A DNA stretch of 64,000 nucleotides from a virus (taxonomy: Duplodnaviria; Caudoviricetes): positions 224,001 through 288,000 of the IMG/VR virus record IMGVR_UViG_3300021431_000075; one strand, given 5' to 3'. The notes under the pieces were generated by a model. The model made no database searches. It was given only the letters and a program-made list of their open reading frames with translations, and was not told the origin of the DNA. The position numbers and the translations under genes are program-made. How positions within the stretch are numbered: the first letter of the stretch is position 1; every line of letters starts with the position of its first letter. Shown piece after piece: positions 38,773 to 49,304 of this stretch.

Positions 38773-39066
38773 TCAAGGTTTCATCTTCATTAGATGCGAG
38801 TAGTACTGGTTGTGATATATTGGAAGAATCTTCTTATCGCTTCTGTCGAGCCAGCAGGTGGAGCATCTTGTAATAAAGACCTCATCCCTGCGCTGCTGAA
38901 CTTCATCGTAGAACTTCTTATGGATTTCCGGATAAGTCCATCCGAACTTCTCGTGCAGGTCTCTGAAGGCGTCAACAAGATACACTCCGCCACCGGGGTC
39001 CTTATAATAGTAATTGTCGATACAGTAATCTACAATACTAAAAGAGCTTATCGCATTCGATTCCAT
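38773..39066 (-). CDS. Hypothetical protein
   Basis: Start MESNAISS chosen to limit overlap. Confidence 0.5.
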   Translation of the reverse strand: MESNAISSFSIVDYCIDNYYYKDPGGGVYLVDAFRDLHEKFGWTYPEIHKKFYDEVQQRRDEVFITRCSTCWLDRSDKKILPIYHNQYYSHLMKMKP

Positions 39067-39490
39067 CTTCTTCCGGTAACGGATTCTCGCATTCGACCAA
39101 TTCTCTCCTTTCGCTGTCGTACTTGGTCCACCGCTTGGTATCCTCGTCATAGTTGTAGCCAACCTTGTCTATATACATACGGATTCTCCACAGCGTAATC
39201 ACCCTCTCCTTGAACATGTCACAGAGCACAGCAAGAGCCTTTCTGTACTCTTTCACTTCATCGCAATTTCCGTTTGCGGAATACAGGGTTCCCCAGTTTC
39301 CGTAACTTGTCGCGTTCAGATATCCGAGATCCACGACATAGTTCGAACAGTCGCTGCCTGTGTGAATCGTATAGCCGTGTTCTTTCAGATACTCATGGTC
39401 GCTATCAGACCTGTAGTCGATGCTGAATGCATATTCGCTGCGGACTACGCTCCTGAACGGTTCCGGGAACTTGCTTATGATTTCTTCCAT
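39038..39490 (-). CDS. Hypothetical protein, paralog of 39534..39968
   Basis: FPEPFR...FSIDY...YLKEHGY...CDMF. Confidence 0.65.
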   Translation of the reverse strand: MEEIISKFPEPFRSVVRSEYAFSIDYRSDSDHEYLKEHGYTIHTGSDCSNYVVDLGYLNATSYGNWGTLYSANGNCDEVKEYRKALAVLCDMFKERVITLWRIRMYIDKVGYNYDEDTKRWTKYDSERRELVECENPLPEEDGIECDKLF

Positions 39491-39533
39491 AATTTTGCTT
39501 GATTATAAATGATTGTTTCTAAATCTTGTCTCG

Positions 39534-39968
39534 CTAATCCACCGGACATTCGCACGGAAACCAGCGCATGCTTCCATCCATAAACTTGGACCACTGTCCG
39601 GTCTCTATGTCGTATCTGTAATGGTCGCCGCCGATTGTCAGTCCGACTCTGCGCAGGCTCACATATCCCTGGTTGAACATGTCACAGAACACGCGGAAAG
39701 AATCATTGTATCCGACTGGACTCATGCGTGCATAAACGATTCCATAATTATCACTGTCCTCGACTTTCAGGTCAGACAGACCGGATACTCGGCTTGCACC
39801 CCACGAGTCCATAGTCACCTCATATCCGTGGGAATCCAGATATTGCTGGTCGCAGTTTCCGCCATTCGAAGTATATTCGATACTGAAGTTGAATCCGGAC
39901 TTGACCGCTCTCCTGAACTGTTCAGGAAACTGCTCGATTACTTCTTTGATTGTCTTTGCCTTATCCAT
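39534..39968 (-). CDS. Hypothetical protein, paralog of 39038..39490
   Basis: FPEQFR...FSIEY...YLDSHGY...CDMF. Confidence 0.65.
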   Translation of the reverse strand: MDKAKTIKEVIEQFPEQFRRAVKSGFNFSIEYTSNGGNCDQQYLDSHGYEVTMDSWGASRVSGLSDLKVEDSDNYGIVYARMSPVGYNDSFRVFCDMFNQGYVSLRRVGLTIGGDHYRYDIETGQWSKFMDGSMRWFPCECPVD

Positions 39969-39983
39969 TGCCTTGTATTCTGG

Positions 39984-40247
39984 TTAATGAGTTTCAAATG
40001 AAGAAAGATATATGTACTCTCCGTATACTTTATGAGGAATTAACCCAGGCATTCCAGTCATTGAAATGCAAAAATGAGTAACCAAAATTGCTGGATAATG
40101 ACTTGGTTTCCCAAATAGAATTTCTTTAAAATCTTCTTCTTCTATAAAATTATTATCTTTTATATATGATAAATAATCTTCTTCATTAGACAACAATGCA
40201 GTAGCTATCTCATGCTCATTTTCTTTTGATGTTAAAATTTTGTACAT
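39984..40247 (-). CDS. Hypothetical protein (AT-rich)
   Basis: 87-aa ORF. Confidence 0.5.
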   Translation of the reverse strand: MYKILTSKENEHEIATALLSNEEDYLSYIKDNNFIEEEDFKEILFGKPSHYPAILVTHFCISMTGMPGLIPHKVYGEYIYLSSFETH

Positions 40248-40249
40248 AA

Positions 40250-41305
40250 TTATCTTATTTTATTATTCTTGGACATGACTGCACGGATGCTGCATCCGCA
40301 TTCTCTGGAGTTGTTGAACACGTGACCGGAATCACAATCTCCAAACGTGTAGATAAACGCTTCTCTATCATCTTCTGGATTATTATTCCTTGTCCAGTAG
40401 TCTCCGTCCGTTCTCAATCCGTATTCACGACCGCAAATAATCATACCGCCGACCGGCAAGAATAACTGGTTTCCATTACGGACAGACGTGAACAGCTGTC
40501 CGGCATACCTGTCAGTCTCAACATGCCTGCATGTGCAGTTTCTCTCGTCAAGCAGTTCCAAGAACTGTTCCTTCGACGGAACCATCCAACTTCCGCCAAG
40601 AACCTGCCTTGCTGCGTCGTCTTCCGGATAAAGTTCTGTCAGCCCGTCCTTGCTATAATACTTCAGCGCATCACGCGCATCATCATACCACAGATAGTTG
40701 CTCTCCCGGAACTCGTAAGATGAATCATGGACTTTCGTGTCGCCGAACGCGAAATATAGACCGTGTTCTGTCTTGTCATTCGCACCGATGTTCATCTCAG
40801 CCCACAGGGTTCCGCTCGGCAAGCCAAGGTCAACATACGGAAATCCGTTCGAATACAAGCCGCCGCCATGCCACGATTCCTCGGTAGCGTGTTTCGGGAT
40901 GCAAACCACGAGAGGCTCCTTGACCTTGAACTGCTTCAGCAGATGCTGGATATCGCTGACGTACATCACGTTCTGTCTGATTACGGGATTCTGCTCGTCG
41001 TCATATACAATCAGCTCAAGTCTGCAGTCGCTCCAGTGGAATATGTGGATTTTCACGTTGCCCACAGTCAGAGTCGAAGTTCCTCCGATTCTTTCAAAGC
41101 CCAACCGCTTCATCACGCTCGCACTGAGGGGAACCGGCAGCAGGTTGCTGAACGAGGTCTCAATCTTGAATCCGTTCTCGTCAACAATCCTGACGCTTCC
41201 GCTCTCACCGTCCATAGCGACCACAGTATAGAACTTGCGCTTATTGCTGTCATTCTCGAAAAGCTGGACATAGTCTCCCAGCATTATGTTATCAATAGTA
41301 ATCAT
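40250..41305 (-). CDS. Two-domain protein with a C-terminal 'VDLGLPSGTLWA' domain common in Bacteroidota
   Basis: YVDLGLPSGTLWAEMNIGA...DDAA...W.VPSKEQF.EL...GCSIRAV. Confidence 0.7.
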   Translation of the reverse strand: MITIDNIMLGDYVQLFENDSNKRKFYTVVAMDGESGSVRIVDENGFKIETSFSNLLPVPLSASVMKRLGFERIGGTSTLTVGNVKIHIFHWSDCRLELIVYDDEQNPVIRQNVMYVSDIQHLLKQFKVKEPLVVCIPKHATEESWHGGGLYSNGFPYVDLGLPSGTLWAEMNIGANDKTEHGLYFAFGDTKVHDSSYEFRESNYLWYDDARDALKYYSKDGLTELYPEDDAARQVLGGSWMVPSKEQFLELLDERNCTCRHVETDRYAGQLFTSVRNGNQLFLPVGGMIICGREYGLRTDGDYWTRNNNPEDDREAFIYTFGDCDSGHVFNNSRECGCSIRAVMSKNNKIR

Positions 41306-41390
41306 TGTCTTATCTGTTTTATATAAAAGATTCCTGTTTATCGAGTTCCTTGTTGAAAACAGTATATAACTTCATGCAGTAGCAATGGAA

Positions 41391-42152
41391 TTACATTTCA
41401 CTGTCAAGTCCGGCATTATCCGCATATGGAGACTTCATCAGCACATGGAGACTGTCATCGCTGTCAATCCATGCGGAACCGACGTTCGACTGCCGTGCCG
41501 CGTCAAGCATCCGGTTCACCGTTCCGAGCTGTTTATCTGACAGCTTGAATGTCGTTCCATCGACAGTTATATGGACAGAACCGTCCTTGAACACGACCGA
41601 GTTCTCACTGGCATCTACCTTGACAGACGTATCCGCATAAGGAAATCCGTCAGGACCGACCTCGATTGCGAGATCCATCTCCAGCAGGTTCGCATTGTCT
41701 ATATGCTTCGCGTACATCCAGTCGAAACCTTCGGACATCGTGTTGAGAACCTTGTGCAGTTCGTTCTGCGAAATCATGGACAGAAGGAAGTTTGTCAGGG
41801 AACCTGTTCCGGACACGTCCATGCTGCTTGTTTCGCTCAGCCGCGCAAGCGGAGAGTTCGGAGACTTCATCGAGTACAGGTACGGCTTCACGAACTCGAC
41901 CGGCACAAGGTACTCATCGCAACCGTCAAGCTCCAGCAGCGAGACACGCTCCCCCATGATTCCGTAAATCGTGTATGCACGGGACTTCATGTTCTCGTAC
42001 AGTTCCGGTCTCAACCTGCATGCCTTCTCAACCTTGTCCTTGTACTCCGTGTTCCATTCCAGATAACCGTCAAGGTCGAGCCTGCACTTCAGACCGTACG
42101 GGAAATGCTTCGCTATCTCGCGCAGAAGCAACATCCTATGACTGTTTTCCAT
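41391..42152 (-). CDS. Hypothetical protein
   Basis: LLLREIAKHFPYGLK...KPYL pattern. Confidence 0.65.
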   Translation of the reverse strand: MENSHRMLLLREIAKHFPYGLKCRLDLDGYLEWNTEYKDKVEKACRLRPELYENMKSRAYTIYGIMGERVSLLELDGCDEYLVPVEFVKPYLYSMKSPNSPLARLSETSSMDVSGTGSLTNFLLSMISQNELHKVLNTMSEGFDWMYAKHIDNANLLEMDLAIEVGPDGFPYADTSVKVDASENSVVFKDGSVHITVDGTTFKLSDKQLGTVNRMLDAARQSNVGSAWIDSDDSLHVLMKSPYADNAGLDSEM

Positions 42153-42555
42153 TTTTGCTGTCCCTTATGAATCTCAAGTCGTCAAGCTCTTTCCTTGTCA
42201 CGAACACCAGCCTGTCCCCAATGCTGTACTTGGAGCCGGTAGTGTAGAATGTCACACTCATGGTATGCATTTTGTCGCTATTGTCGAAGTATGAATTCTT
42301 CGCCGTGTTCTTGACTATTTGTGTGCAGAAGTCGTCTATGCCGGAATATTCGGCATTCGTCACGATGAATTCCGGTTCAACCACCCGGATGTTGCTTCCG
42401 TTCTTCGGTCTGCTGTTAATCATGGGATTCCTGCTCGACCTTCTTTCTATCAAGATTCCACAGAGGAATGAAAACAGGACTGCGACCACGAGTATCACTA
42501 TGAACATCAGTGTTGAAATTTCCATATCGCTATTTTTATTGGTGTTTATAATCAC
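42136..42555 (-). CDS. Membrane-anchored hypothetical protein, paralog of 42859..43191
   Basis: TM helix, GILIER, EPEFIV, KNT, FYT. Confidence 0.6.
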   Translation of the reverse strand: MIINTNKNSDMEISTLMFIVILVVAVLFSFLCGILIERRSSRNPMINSRPKNGSNIRVVEPEFIVTNAEYSGIDDFCTQIVKNTAKNSYFDNSDKMHTMSVTFYTTGSKYSIGDRLVFVTRKELDDLRFIRDSKNGKQS

Positions 42556-42893
42556 TTGTTCGTATCTTTGCCGTCAACCCGAATGACGAAATCGTTGATG
42601 CCGACGGTTCCGTCTGTTACGGTCCTTTCATCATCATCGCCACTGCTCGACTGTTCAATTTCATCCGTATGGTTCTCGATGGACTTGGTCTCGGCAGTTG
42701 AGTCGAGCGCTTTGGAACGGTTCTTTTTATCGTCATGGAAAATTAATGTCATGACAGATGAAATGCTTATTAGGCATACGGAACAGATAGTCACATAAAG
42801 AATAAAGTCTAACATATCGGGACCGACAGTCACATAAAGAATAAAGTCTAACATGTCACTACAGTTTGTTCCGTGTAAGATATATGCGTTCAT
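42552..42893 (-). CDS. Membrane hypothetical protein with internal tandem duplication
   Basis: DMLDFILYVT repeated twice (39-nt period, 42790-42855). Confidence 0.5.
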   Translation of the reverse strand: MNAYILHGTNCSDMLDFILYVTVGPDMLDFILYVTICSVCLISISSVMTLIFHDDKKNRSKALDSTAETKSIENHTDEIEQSSSGDDDERTVTDGTVGINDFVIRVDGKDTNK

Positions 42894-43191
42894 CAGGATT
42901 GAACTTGTTCTCGTTCGTATAGAACACGTAATGGTACCGGTGGTAGTTTCCGTTTGAATCGTAGAAATGACACAAGACCGTGTTCTTTATATAGGTCGTG
43001 TCATTTGCATTTTTCACTCTTTCTGTCTTCTCTACGATGAACTCGGGTTCCTTCAGGCAAACTCCCATCGGCATCGAATTGAAACTGCGTACTCGGTTGG
43101 ACACCCGTTCAACCAACACTCCAATCCCAAACATGATTGCCGAGATTACGACCATGAAAAAAATCAAACTTGTCATATTGTCAATTGCCAT
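42859..43191 (-). CDS. Membrane-anchored hypothetical protein, paralog of 42136..42555
   Basis: TM helix, GVLVER, EPEFIV, KNT, FYT. Confidence 0.6.
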   Translation of the reverse strand: MAIDNMTSLIFFMVVISAIMFGIGVLVERVSNRVRSFNSMPMGVCLKEPEFIVEKTERVKNANDTTYIKNTVLCHFYDSNGNYHRYHYVFYTNENKFNPDERIYLTRNKL

Positions 43192-43546
43192 AATAATACT
43201 TTTTTGATTTGCCGTATCTTAGAAAATGCCTCTCATTCTCAACCGTGATTCTGCCGACGCTCTCCCACTCCGGATCTCCGAGAGCATAGTCAGCGGAATG
43301 ATCCTCGTCTATGTCGATACCTATCCTTTCCAAGCGTTCCGGATGGTCGATGTTGTAGCGCTTGAAGTATCCCTTGTCCCTGCGTTTCTGGTTCCAGTAC
43401 TTGTCCTTGCAGAACGTGGAGCAGAAAGCCTGCTGGTAAGACTTCTTGGTGAACTTATTTCCGCATACAGGACATACGAGTTCATTTCCAACCGAAGCCT
43501 GCTTGTTCAGGTCGTATCGTTTTATCTTTTCCTTCTTTCTGTTCAT
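43181..43546 (-). CDS. Small zinc-finger protein
   Basis: CPVCG...FCSTFC. Confidence 0.6.
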   Translation of the reverse strand: MNRKKEKIKRYDLNKQASVGNELVCPVCGNKFTKKSYQQAFCSTFCKDKYWNQKRRDKGYFKRYNIDHPERLERIGIDIDEDHSADYALGDPEWESVGRITVENERHFLRYGKSKKYYYGN

Positions 43547-43586
43547 TTTGATTGAAAGTTTAATGATTCAACAAATAAACCGGTTT

Positions 43587-44519
43587 TCAATCCTTAACCT
43601 TGGCTGTCTTCTTTCTGCTTCGCATACGCACATCCAGTTTCCCGGCAAGATTGAATTTGTTGATATAGTACCAGATTACGTTTCTGGACGGAAGATACTT
43701 TATGAAAGACAAATTTTCATCATGCTGATGTTCGTCCATTATCTCTTCACAAACGAAAAGTGTAAGTTCGTCAATGGTAGGATTCTTGCCAATCTTTTTC
43801 ACATAGTTGTCTATATATTTGGACATCTGTTGATTGCTGAACCTTTCCGCTCTGAATCTATTGTTAGAATTCAACTTGCTGTCCTTGTTGCGGTTCAGGC
43901 AAAAGTCCATGCTGATGTTATCGCCTACATATGTACGGACCGTAAAATTCCTATTCTTGAATATGGATTCATAAACAGCATTGCAAGTATTTTCAATCTT
44001 CTTGGTTGTAAACGGTTCATATGCAAACTTACCATTCTCGTTGTATGTAATGCTGTTGTTTATATGTTCCAGAAGTTTGCAGCAAATTAGTTTCAGTACG
44101 TATAAGACATCTTCTTTGGATTCATTCTGTAGTTGATTGTAAATGCAGATGCACTGATACTTCAATGCATTGAATACAGTAACATTTGTTGCAGGATTGG
44201 ATGCATTGAGTCTTGTTGCAGGATTGGATGCATTGAGACTGTTCTTATTACATTTGGATGAATCGAATGGAAATATGTCTTTGAAAAAGACTTTACCGCA
44301 CTTCTGACAAAAGTCGAACAACTTTGTACATTCAATTATTTCTTGACGCTGCATCCTATTGACATCAATCTTACAAATCTTCTTTATTGCTTCAGCATCA
44401 TTATTTGCCGAGTTGATTTGTTTAAATCGTTCAACAAATACTGCATCTTGCGACTTGAGATACATACAAATGCATTTTTTGAAATCTTCTCTTCTAAAAA
44501 TCAATTCTGTTACTTTCAT
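43587..44519 (-). CDS. Basic AT-rich protein next to iteron region; possible replication initiator/DNA-binding protein
   Basis: 310 aa, LNASNPAT duplicated, possible C-terminal HTH. Own promoter at 44556-44563. Function inferred from context only. Confidence 0.4.
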   Translation of the reverse strand: MKVTELIFRREDFKKCICMYLKSQDAVFVERFKQINSANNDAEAIKKICKIDVNRMQRQEIIECTKLFDFCQKCGKVFFKDIFPFDSSKCNKNSLNASNPATRLNASNPATNVTVFNALKYQCICIYNQLQNESKEDVLYVLKLICCKLLEHINNSITYNENGKFAYEPFTTKKIENTCNAVYESIFKNRNFTVRTYVGDNISMDFCLNRNKDSKLNSNNRFRAERFSNQQMSKYIDNYVKKIGKNPTIDELTLFVCEEIMDEHQHDENLSFIKYLPSRNVIWYYINKFNLAGKLDVRMRSRKKTAKVKD

Positions 44520-44739
44520 TTAGCGTAATAAATTTATCTTTTTATAAAACTGCGGCAAAATTATAAAAATAAATTATAACAACAAAATATTTTCTTGTTT
44601 TTTTATCAAATAAAATTGTTTTCATCAAATAAAATTGTTCGTTCTAACAGAAACTGAAAACCAGTAATACAATTTTAATCTATGTGGTTCTTATCATCAA
44701 GTACGATCATTTCTATGCATTGTAAATGATAGAACTTTG

Positions 44740-46206
44740 TAACTTAATTTGGAAATACCAGTCGAATGCTGTAAGGATTTAAAGTAACAAACTTCTTACA
44801 AATAAACTTCTTACTAAGTGTCATTTTGTAAGGTTTCTTACAGTTTGAAGAAATTTATAACGTATGGCTGTTCAGAACTCTGTGACTTAAATTCGAAAAC
44901 AACAAACGAATGCTGTATGGATTTAAAGTAGCAAGGAAATAACAGGTTGCATCCGGTTTGTTTTCATAGTTTTGAAGTTGTATGTTTCAACCATATAGAA
45001 ACCGAGTCTAAAAAGGCTTCAAATTTGAGCCGTACGGCTTTTTTGCATTCGGTATGTGCATTTCTATGCTGTAAGGTTGTTTTGGACCACAGAACTTAAA
45101 TTTGAAAGACTTCAATCGAATGCTTTATGGATTTAAAGTAAGCAGACTATAATATTGCAAAGAAATAACAGGTTACTTCAGGTTTGTTTTTCATAGTTTG
45201 AATAAACAATGCTTGAAGTTGTATGTTTCAACTTATGTAGAAACCAAGTCCAAAAAGGCTTCAAATTTGAGCCGTACGGCTTTTTTGCATTCGGTATGCA
45301 TATTTCTATGCTGTAAGGTTGTTTTGGACCACAGAACTTAAATTTGAAGATAGTGAGCAATGGTTATCTTGGAATGCATAGAAATCTTACAGCATAGTTT
45401 GATTATGCTTATTTAGGAATCTTAACATAGACAATCAAGTTCTTGAACAAACGTGCTGCGTGTCGGAACGACATGCAGCACCACATTCGACAGGGACGCC
45501 CTGCGTCCGTCGGATGTGCTAAACTTAATTCTAATAAGCATTGAAACTGCATGCTTGAATCCGAGCGATTGTTACATTGAATCCAAGCGATTGCTATAAG
45601 TATATGTTTGAATGTGCAAATGAAACCTTACTCATAAGGAATCTTAACATAGACAAGCAAGTTCTTGAACAAACGTGCTGCGTGTCGGAACGACATGCAG
45701 CACCACATTCGACAGGGACGCCCTGCGTCCGTCGGATGTGCCAAACTTAATTCTAAATTTAAATTTTAATTAAGCATTGAAACTACGCGTTTGAATCCGA
45801 GCGATTGCTACTTTGAATCCGAGCGAGTTCGATAAGCATATGTTTGAATGTGCAAATGAATCCTTAAACAAATTTCTTTACTAAGACTGAGATGCTAAGA
45901 GTGAGATGACTTCGTTAAGACTGGGATGACTTTTCCATCCGAAACAATCCACATTTTTGCTAAGACTGAGATGCTAAGACTGAGATTAAAATTGAACCGT
46001 ACTTTTTATTTTTTTCTTTTTTTGTTTTGTGTGGTGTTTTTAACAGTTTAAAAGTTTATATTACTTTTAACTGTTTAACCTACTTTTAAACTTTTAAAAG
46101 CATGCCGAAAAACAGAACTTGTACGAAACTCACATAAAACTCAAATGCACAAATAAGACTAATATAAAACTAACTAAAAACTAACTAAAAACTAACTAAA
46201 AACTAA
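44740..46206. repeat. Origin-like non-coding region: two tandem duplications, hairpins, iterons and AT tracts
   Basis: Unit A 44936-45106/45162-45348. Unit B 45415-45630/45637-45866, each with two GC hairpins. CTAAGACTGAGATG-like x5 (45881, 45895, 45915, 45960, 45974). AAAAACTAACT x3 (46166-46206). Confidence 0.75.
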
Positions 46207-46328
46207 GATAGTCAAAAGGGCTGAAAAAAAATAACAAATGAGATGGATTTCTATCCAGAATCCGAACCATTTTAAACATAAAATCGGTTCTTTATGTCCA
46301 AAGAACCGACAAGAAAATTATCCAAAAA

Positions 46329-46559
46329 TTAGAGAATGATCTCGAACTCATCCACATCCGGAAGGACTGCAAGTCCGCCCCAAGTTCCATGCAACTGACC
46401 TGCGTCGTCGATGTACTCAATCTCTCCTGTTTTTCCGTTGTAGTTTTGAGCCTGTGTGTCTTTTCCGCCACAATCATCCATATGGATTATCCTGATCGTA
46501 TCCCCGACACGCGGAGTCTCGACGCTCTCCTTGATGAGTTTCTTCCTTCTTACTTTCAT
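46329..46559 (-). CDS. DUF4314-like small SH3-type protein with LIKES leader
   Basis: GDTIRIIHMDD...TGEIEYIDDAGQLHGTWGGLAVLPDVDEF. ATAAATA at 46587-46593. Confidence 0.65.
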   Translation of the reverse strand: MKVRRKKLIKESVETPRVGDTIRIIHMDDCGGKDTQAQNYNGKTGEIEYIDDAGQLHGTWGGLAVLPDVDEFEIIL

Positions 46560-46665
46560 GATAAATCTGTCCAGTTTATTATAAGATATTTATATTTCCG
46601 CGTTCCATAAAAAAAGAAACCGCACTCATCACGAGCGCGGATTCTACAAAATGGCATTATCACTT

Positions 46666-47292
46666 CTATGCGCCGGCAGCAGCCAGCTTGTATCTTGTTC
46701 CGTCGATGACCACCCATTCAAGGCTGTTGAACGACACGTTCTTCACCATCACCTGACGTTCCTCGCCAAGCCCGGCTTCAGCCTGCTTCTTGGAGCCTTT
46801 CTTCACCTGCTCGAACTGCTCGATGATTGAGAGCTGCTCCGGGTCCGCATACTTGCCGTCCACAGAGTAGATGACGTCAACCTCCTCAGGGTCCACCGCG
46901 TTGTAGTACCTGATGTAGTATCCCTTGGTCTCCTGGCCGGTTTTCTTGTCCTTCTTCGTATGGACGATGAGCCTGCCCTCCGCGCCATCGACCCAGTGTC
47001 CCCAAGGAAGCACGCTGTCCGTGAAAGGCTTCAGCAGCTCGTCAGGGCTGACAGTGCCGTCGCAGCTGTTCCTTACCGCTTCCTCCACCCTCTTTGTATA
47101 GGAGCTGCCGTACATGAACTTTCCGACAGTGTTCTTGGTTACCTTATGTGTAACCAGAGGATTGTCAGTCTTGTTCATCTTGACCTCGGTGACGATGTTC
47201 ATACGGATTGAGTCCGAATTTTTCTGGTTCTTGATGATTCGAACCAGTTCTTCTGCGGTTACCACCACAGTTGGAATTTTCTTAGTGTCCAT
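46666..47292 (-). CDS. Hypothetical early protein
   Basis: 208 aa with a TATATTTG promoter at 47338-47345. Confidence 0.7.
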   Translation of the reverse strand: MDTKKIPTVVVTAEELVRIIKNQKNSDSIRMNIVTEVKMNKTDNPLVTHKVTKNTVGKFMYGSSYTKRVEEAVRNSCDGTVSPDELLKPFTDSVLPWGHWVDGAEGRLIVHTKKDKKTGQETKGYYIRYYNAVDPEEVDVIYSVDGKYADPEQLSIIEQFEQVKKGSKKQAEAGLGEERQVMVKNVSFNSLEWVVIDGTRYKLAAAGA

Positions 47293-47417
47293 AGTCTATT
47301 GCTTTTTAGTTGATACTGCTTTGATTGTTTCTTTATGCAAATATAGGAATAAAAAACGAGCCGGGCAACATTCCGGCTCGATTTCTTTCCTACTTTAACA
47401 CAGTTTAACGAACGGAC

Positions 47418-47702
47418 TCACAACAACCCGTTTTCTTTGCAGAACTTAACAAAATCACGGTACGAGACTTCGGAGACTTCCATGTCCTCTCCGTAGTCGA
47501 ACGGTTCAAGAACTTCCTCGATGCTGTCCATGAAGCCCCGGATGTCGAGGTACTTTCCGTCCCTAATCAAGCAGGCATGGCACAGGCACACGCTCTCGAT
47601 GTCATAGTCGTAGTCCGTGATGAGACAGACAGTGTCGCCTTTCTTATAGTTGTCCAGAACGAACTGGTGGCAGTAACCGTGCAGCAAATCTTCCTTATCC
47701 AT
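47418..47702 (-). CDS. Hypothetical protein
   Basis: HGYCHQF...CHA...YLDIRG. Confidence 0.6.
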   Translation of the reverse strand: MDKEDLLHGYCHQFVLDNYKKGDTVCLITDYDYDIESVCLCHACLIRDGKYLDIRGFMDSIEEVLEPFDYGEDMEVSEVSYRDFVKFCKENGLL

Positions 47703-47729
47703 ATATGATTTAAAGATATTACATTATAT

Positions 47730-47869
47730 GATATTTAACTGTCCGGACGGATGATAATCCAAAATATCTTGTGACGACATCAAACCGTCGGAACCGATAT
47801 TTAATTATCGGCGGATATTTAAATATCCGGCACCGTTGAATGTCGCAAGGAACCGGATATTGCATTATC
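47730..47869. repeat. Cluster of GATA-N6-TATC palindromes (locus 2)
   Basis: Copies at 47730 (variant), 47796, 47814 and 47856. Confidence 0.7.
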
Positions 47870-48140
47870 AGAGCCACCGCAGGTCTCTTTAGACATAGAA
47901 ACTTCTACGGATTTCCGTCACGAACGGAAACAAGTCCATCCTGATCTTGGTTCTATTGTCCATAGTCTGTCGACTCGATGGTCATCAGAGCCTTTACCGC
48001 CGCTGCAAGGACGATGCATATAACAAATTCCATCATGGTCTTGCTGTTTTTGAAGTTAATGAACCGAGTTTCTCATTTCCTAACCGGTTCCGGCAAGAGT
48101 CCGTCCGCGGTTCAGCGGATTTCCCCTTGCCGGACCTTCC

Positions 48141-48941
48141 CTATTTGGCTGAACGCGAGTAAGTCTTGTTGAGTTTCTCAATGGACTGCTTGATCTGGAG
48201 CACGTACTTGCTGATGTCTCTTTTCTTCAGCACTTCCGTGTTTCCGCGGATGTTCTTGAATCTTCCGCACACGTCGAACGCGAAAGATAGGAACTGGCTG
48301 TCCATGTGAGGAGGAACCCACACGTCGCTTCTGCAGATGAAGATGATGTCCGGCTTGAACTTCGGGTTCGCCTTGCGGAACTCCGAGATGCTCCTGAACC
48401 TCGGTCTTCCTTCCAGAATCCCCGGCTTCTTGCCTGCCGCGTCCCATCCGCAGTCGGAAGTCACCCAGTCGTACTCGAGAGTGAACTCGCGGTCAAGGAA
48501 GTTCACCCAGTTTCCACAGTTCAACTCTCTGTTCCTGCCATTGCCATATGCGTCATGGTGAAAGTCCAAGTTCACGACCCGGACAGCGTCCAGTTCACCG
48601 ATGTTTTCCTTTATGAACCCATGGATATGCATGTGCGAGTTCGTTATCAGGACCGGAACGCTCCTGCGCTGCTTCATGAGGAACTTCCAGACCTCGAACA
48701 GCTCGTCCGAGTTGCAGGAGACCTTTGCTATCTCCCTGGATGAGTACTCGCACGCAAGCCTTGAAGCCCACACGTAGTCTGATACCCCGATGAACTGCTC
48801 TGTTCCGTCTGGGAACGAAGCGAGGGGACCCGTGTCGTCGTCCTTGAACTTCATGAAGTAGTCGTAGTCGATAGACAAGACATTGAGTGTTTTCTTGGAT
48901 GTGGTTTCCATATGCGTTATGTTGTTGACATCAGATTGCAT
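48141..48941 (-). CDS. UPF0489/arginase-deacetylase-like metal-binding protein
   Basis: SIDYDYF, SHMHI, NLDFHHD, NCGNWV, CRSDVWVPPH. Confidence 0.6.
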   Translation of the reverse strand: MQSDVNNITHMETTSKKTLNVLSIDYDYFMKFKDDDTGPLASFPDGTEQFIGVSDYVWASRLACEYSSREIAKVSCNSDELFEVWKFLMKQRRSVPVLITNSHMHIHGFIKENIGELDAVRVVNLDFHHDAYGNGRNRELNCGNWVNFLDREFTLEYDWVTSDCGWDAAGKKPGILEGRPRFRSISEFRKANPKFKPDIIFICRSDVWVPPHMDSQFLSFAFDVCGRFKNIRGNTEVLKKRDISKYVLQIKQSIEKLNKTYSRSAK

Positions 48942-48944
48942 AGT

Positions 48945-49271
48945 TTAATATATGAACCCGTAGTTCTTTCCATAGAAGCCGAAGTTAGTGGCGGGTATGT
49001 CCTTTCCGGTCTTGCTTGCGGTTCCGTCCTTCTTGACAGGGTTGCAAACGATGTAAATCATAGAGAATGAGATCTTGACCTCTTTGTAGAAGACTTCTTC
49101 GCCGCTGCCAGTCGTAATCTTATCGCCCGGCTTTATGTTCATCACTTCCTCGAATTTGGCTTGTGCCGCTTCGCGGTATTCATCCCAACATTGGCTGAGT
49201 TGCTTTTGCTTCTCGATGATTTCGCGTTCGATTGTTTTGATTTCTGTTCTGATATCACTTATCGGTTTCAT
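48945..49271 (-). CDS. Hypothetical protein
   Basis: Coiled-coil N-terminus and KKDGTAS motif. Confidence 0.6.
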   Translation of the reverse strand: MKPISDIRTEIKTIEREIIEKQKQLSQCWDEYREAAQAKFEEVMNIKPGDKITTGSGEEVFYKEVKISFSMIYIVCNPVKKDGTASKTGKDIPATNFGFYGKNYGFIY

Positions 49272-49304
49272 AATCTATTGATTTATAGTGAGCAAATATT
49301 TGGT

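Noticed and set aside
40250-41305. Diversity-generating retroelement target
   Set aside because: No reverse transcriptase or template repeat is seen in the window.
44740-46206. Possible second CRISPR array
   Set aside because: Repeats are long tandem duplications or abutting iterons without unique constant-length spacers.
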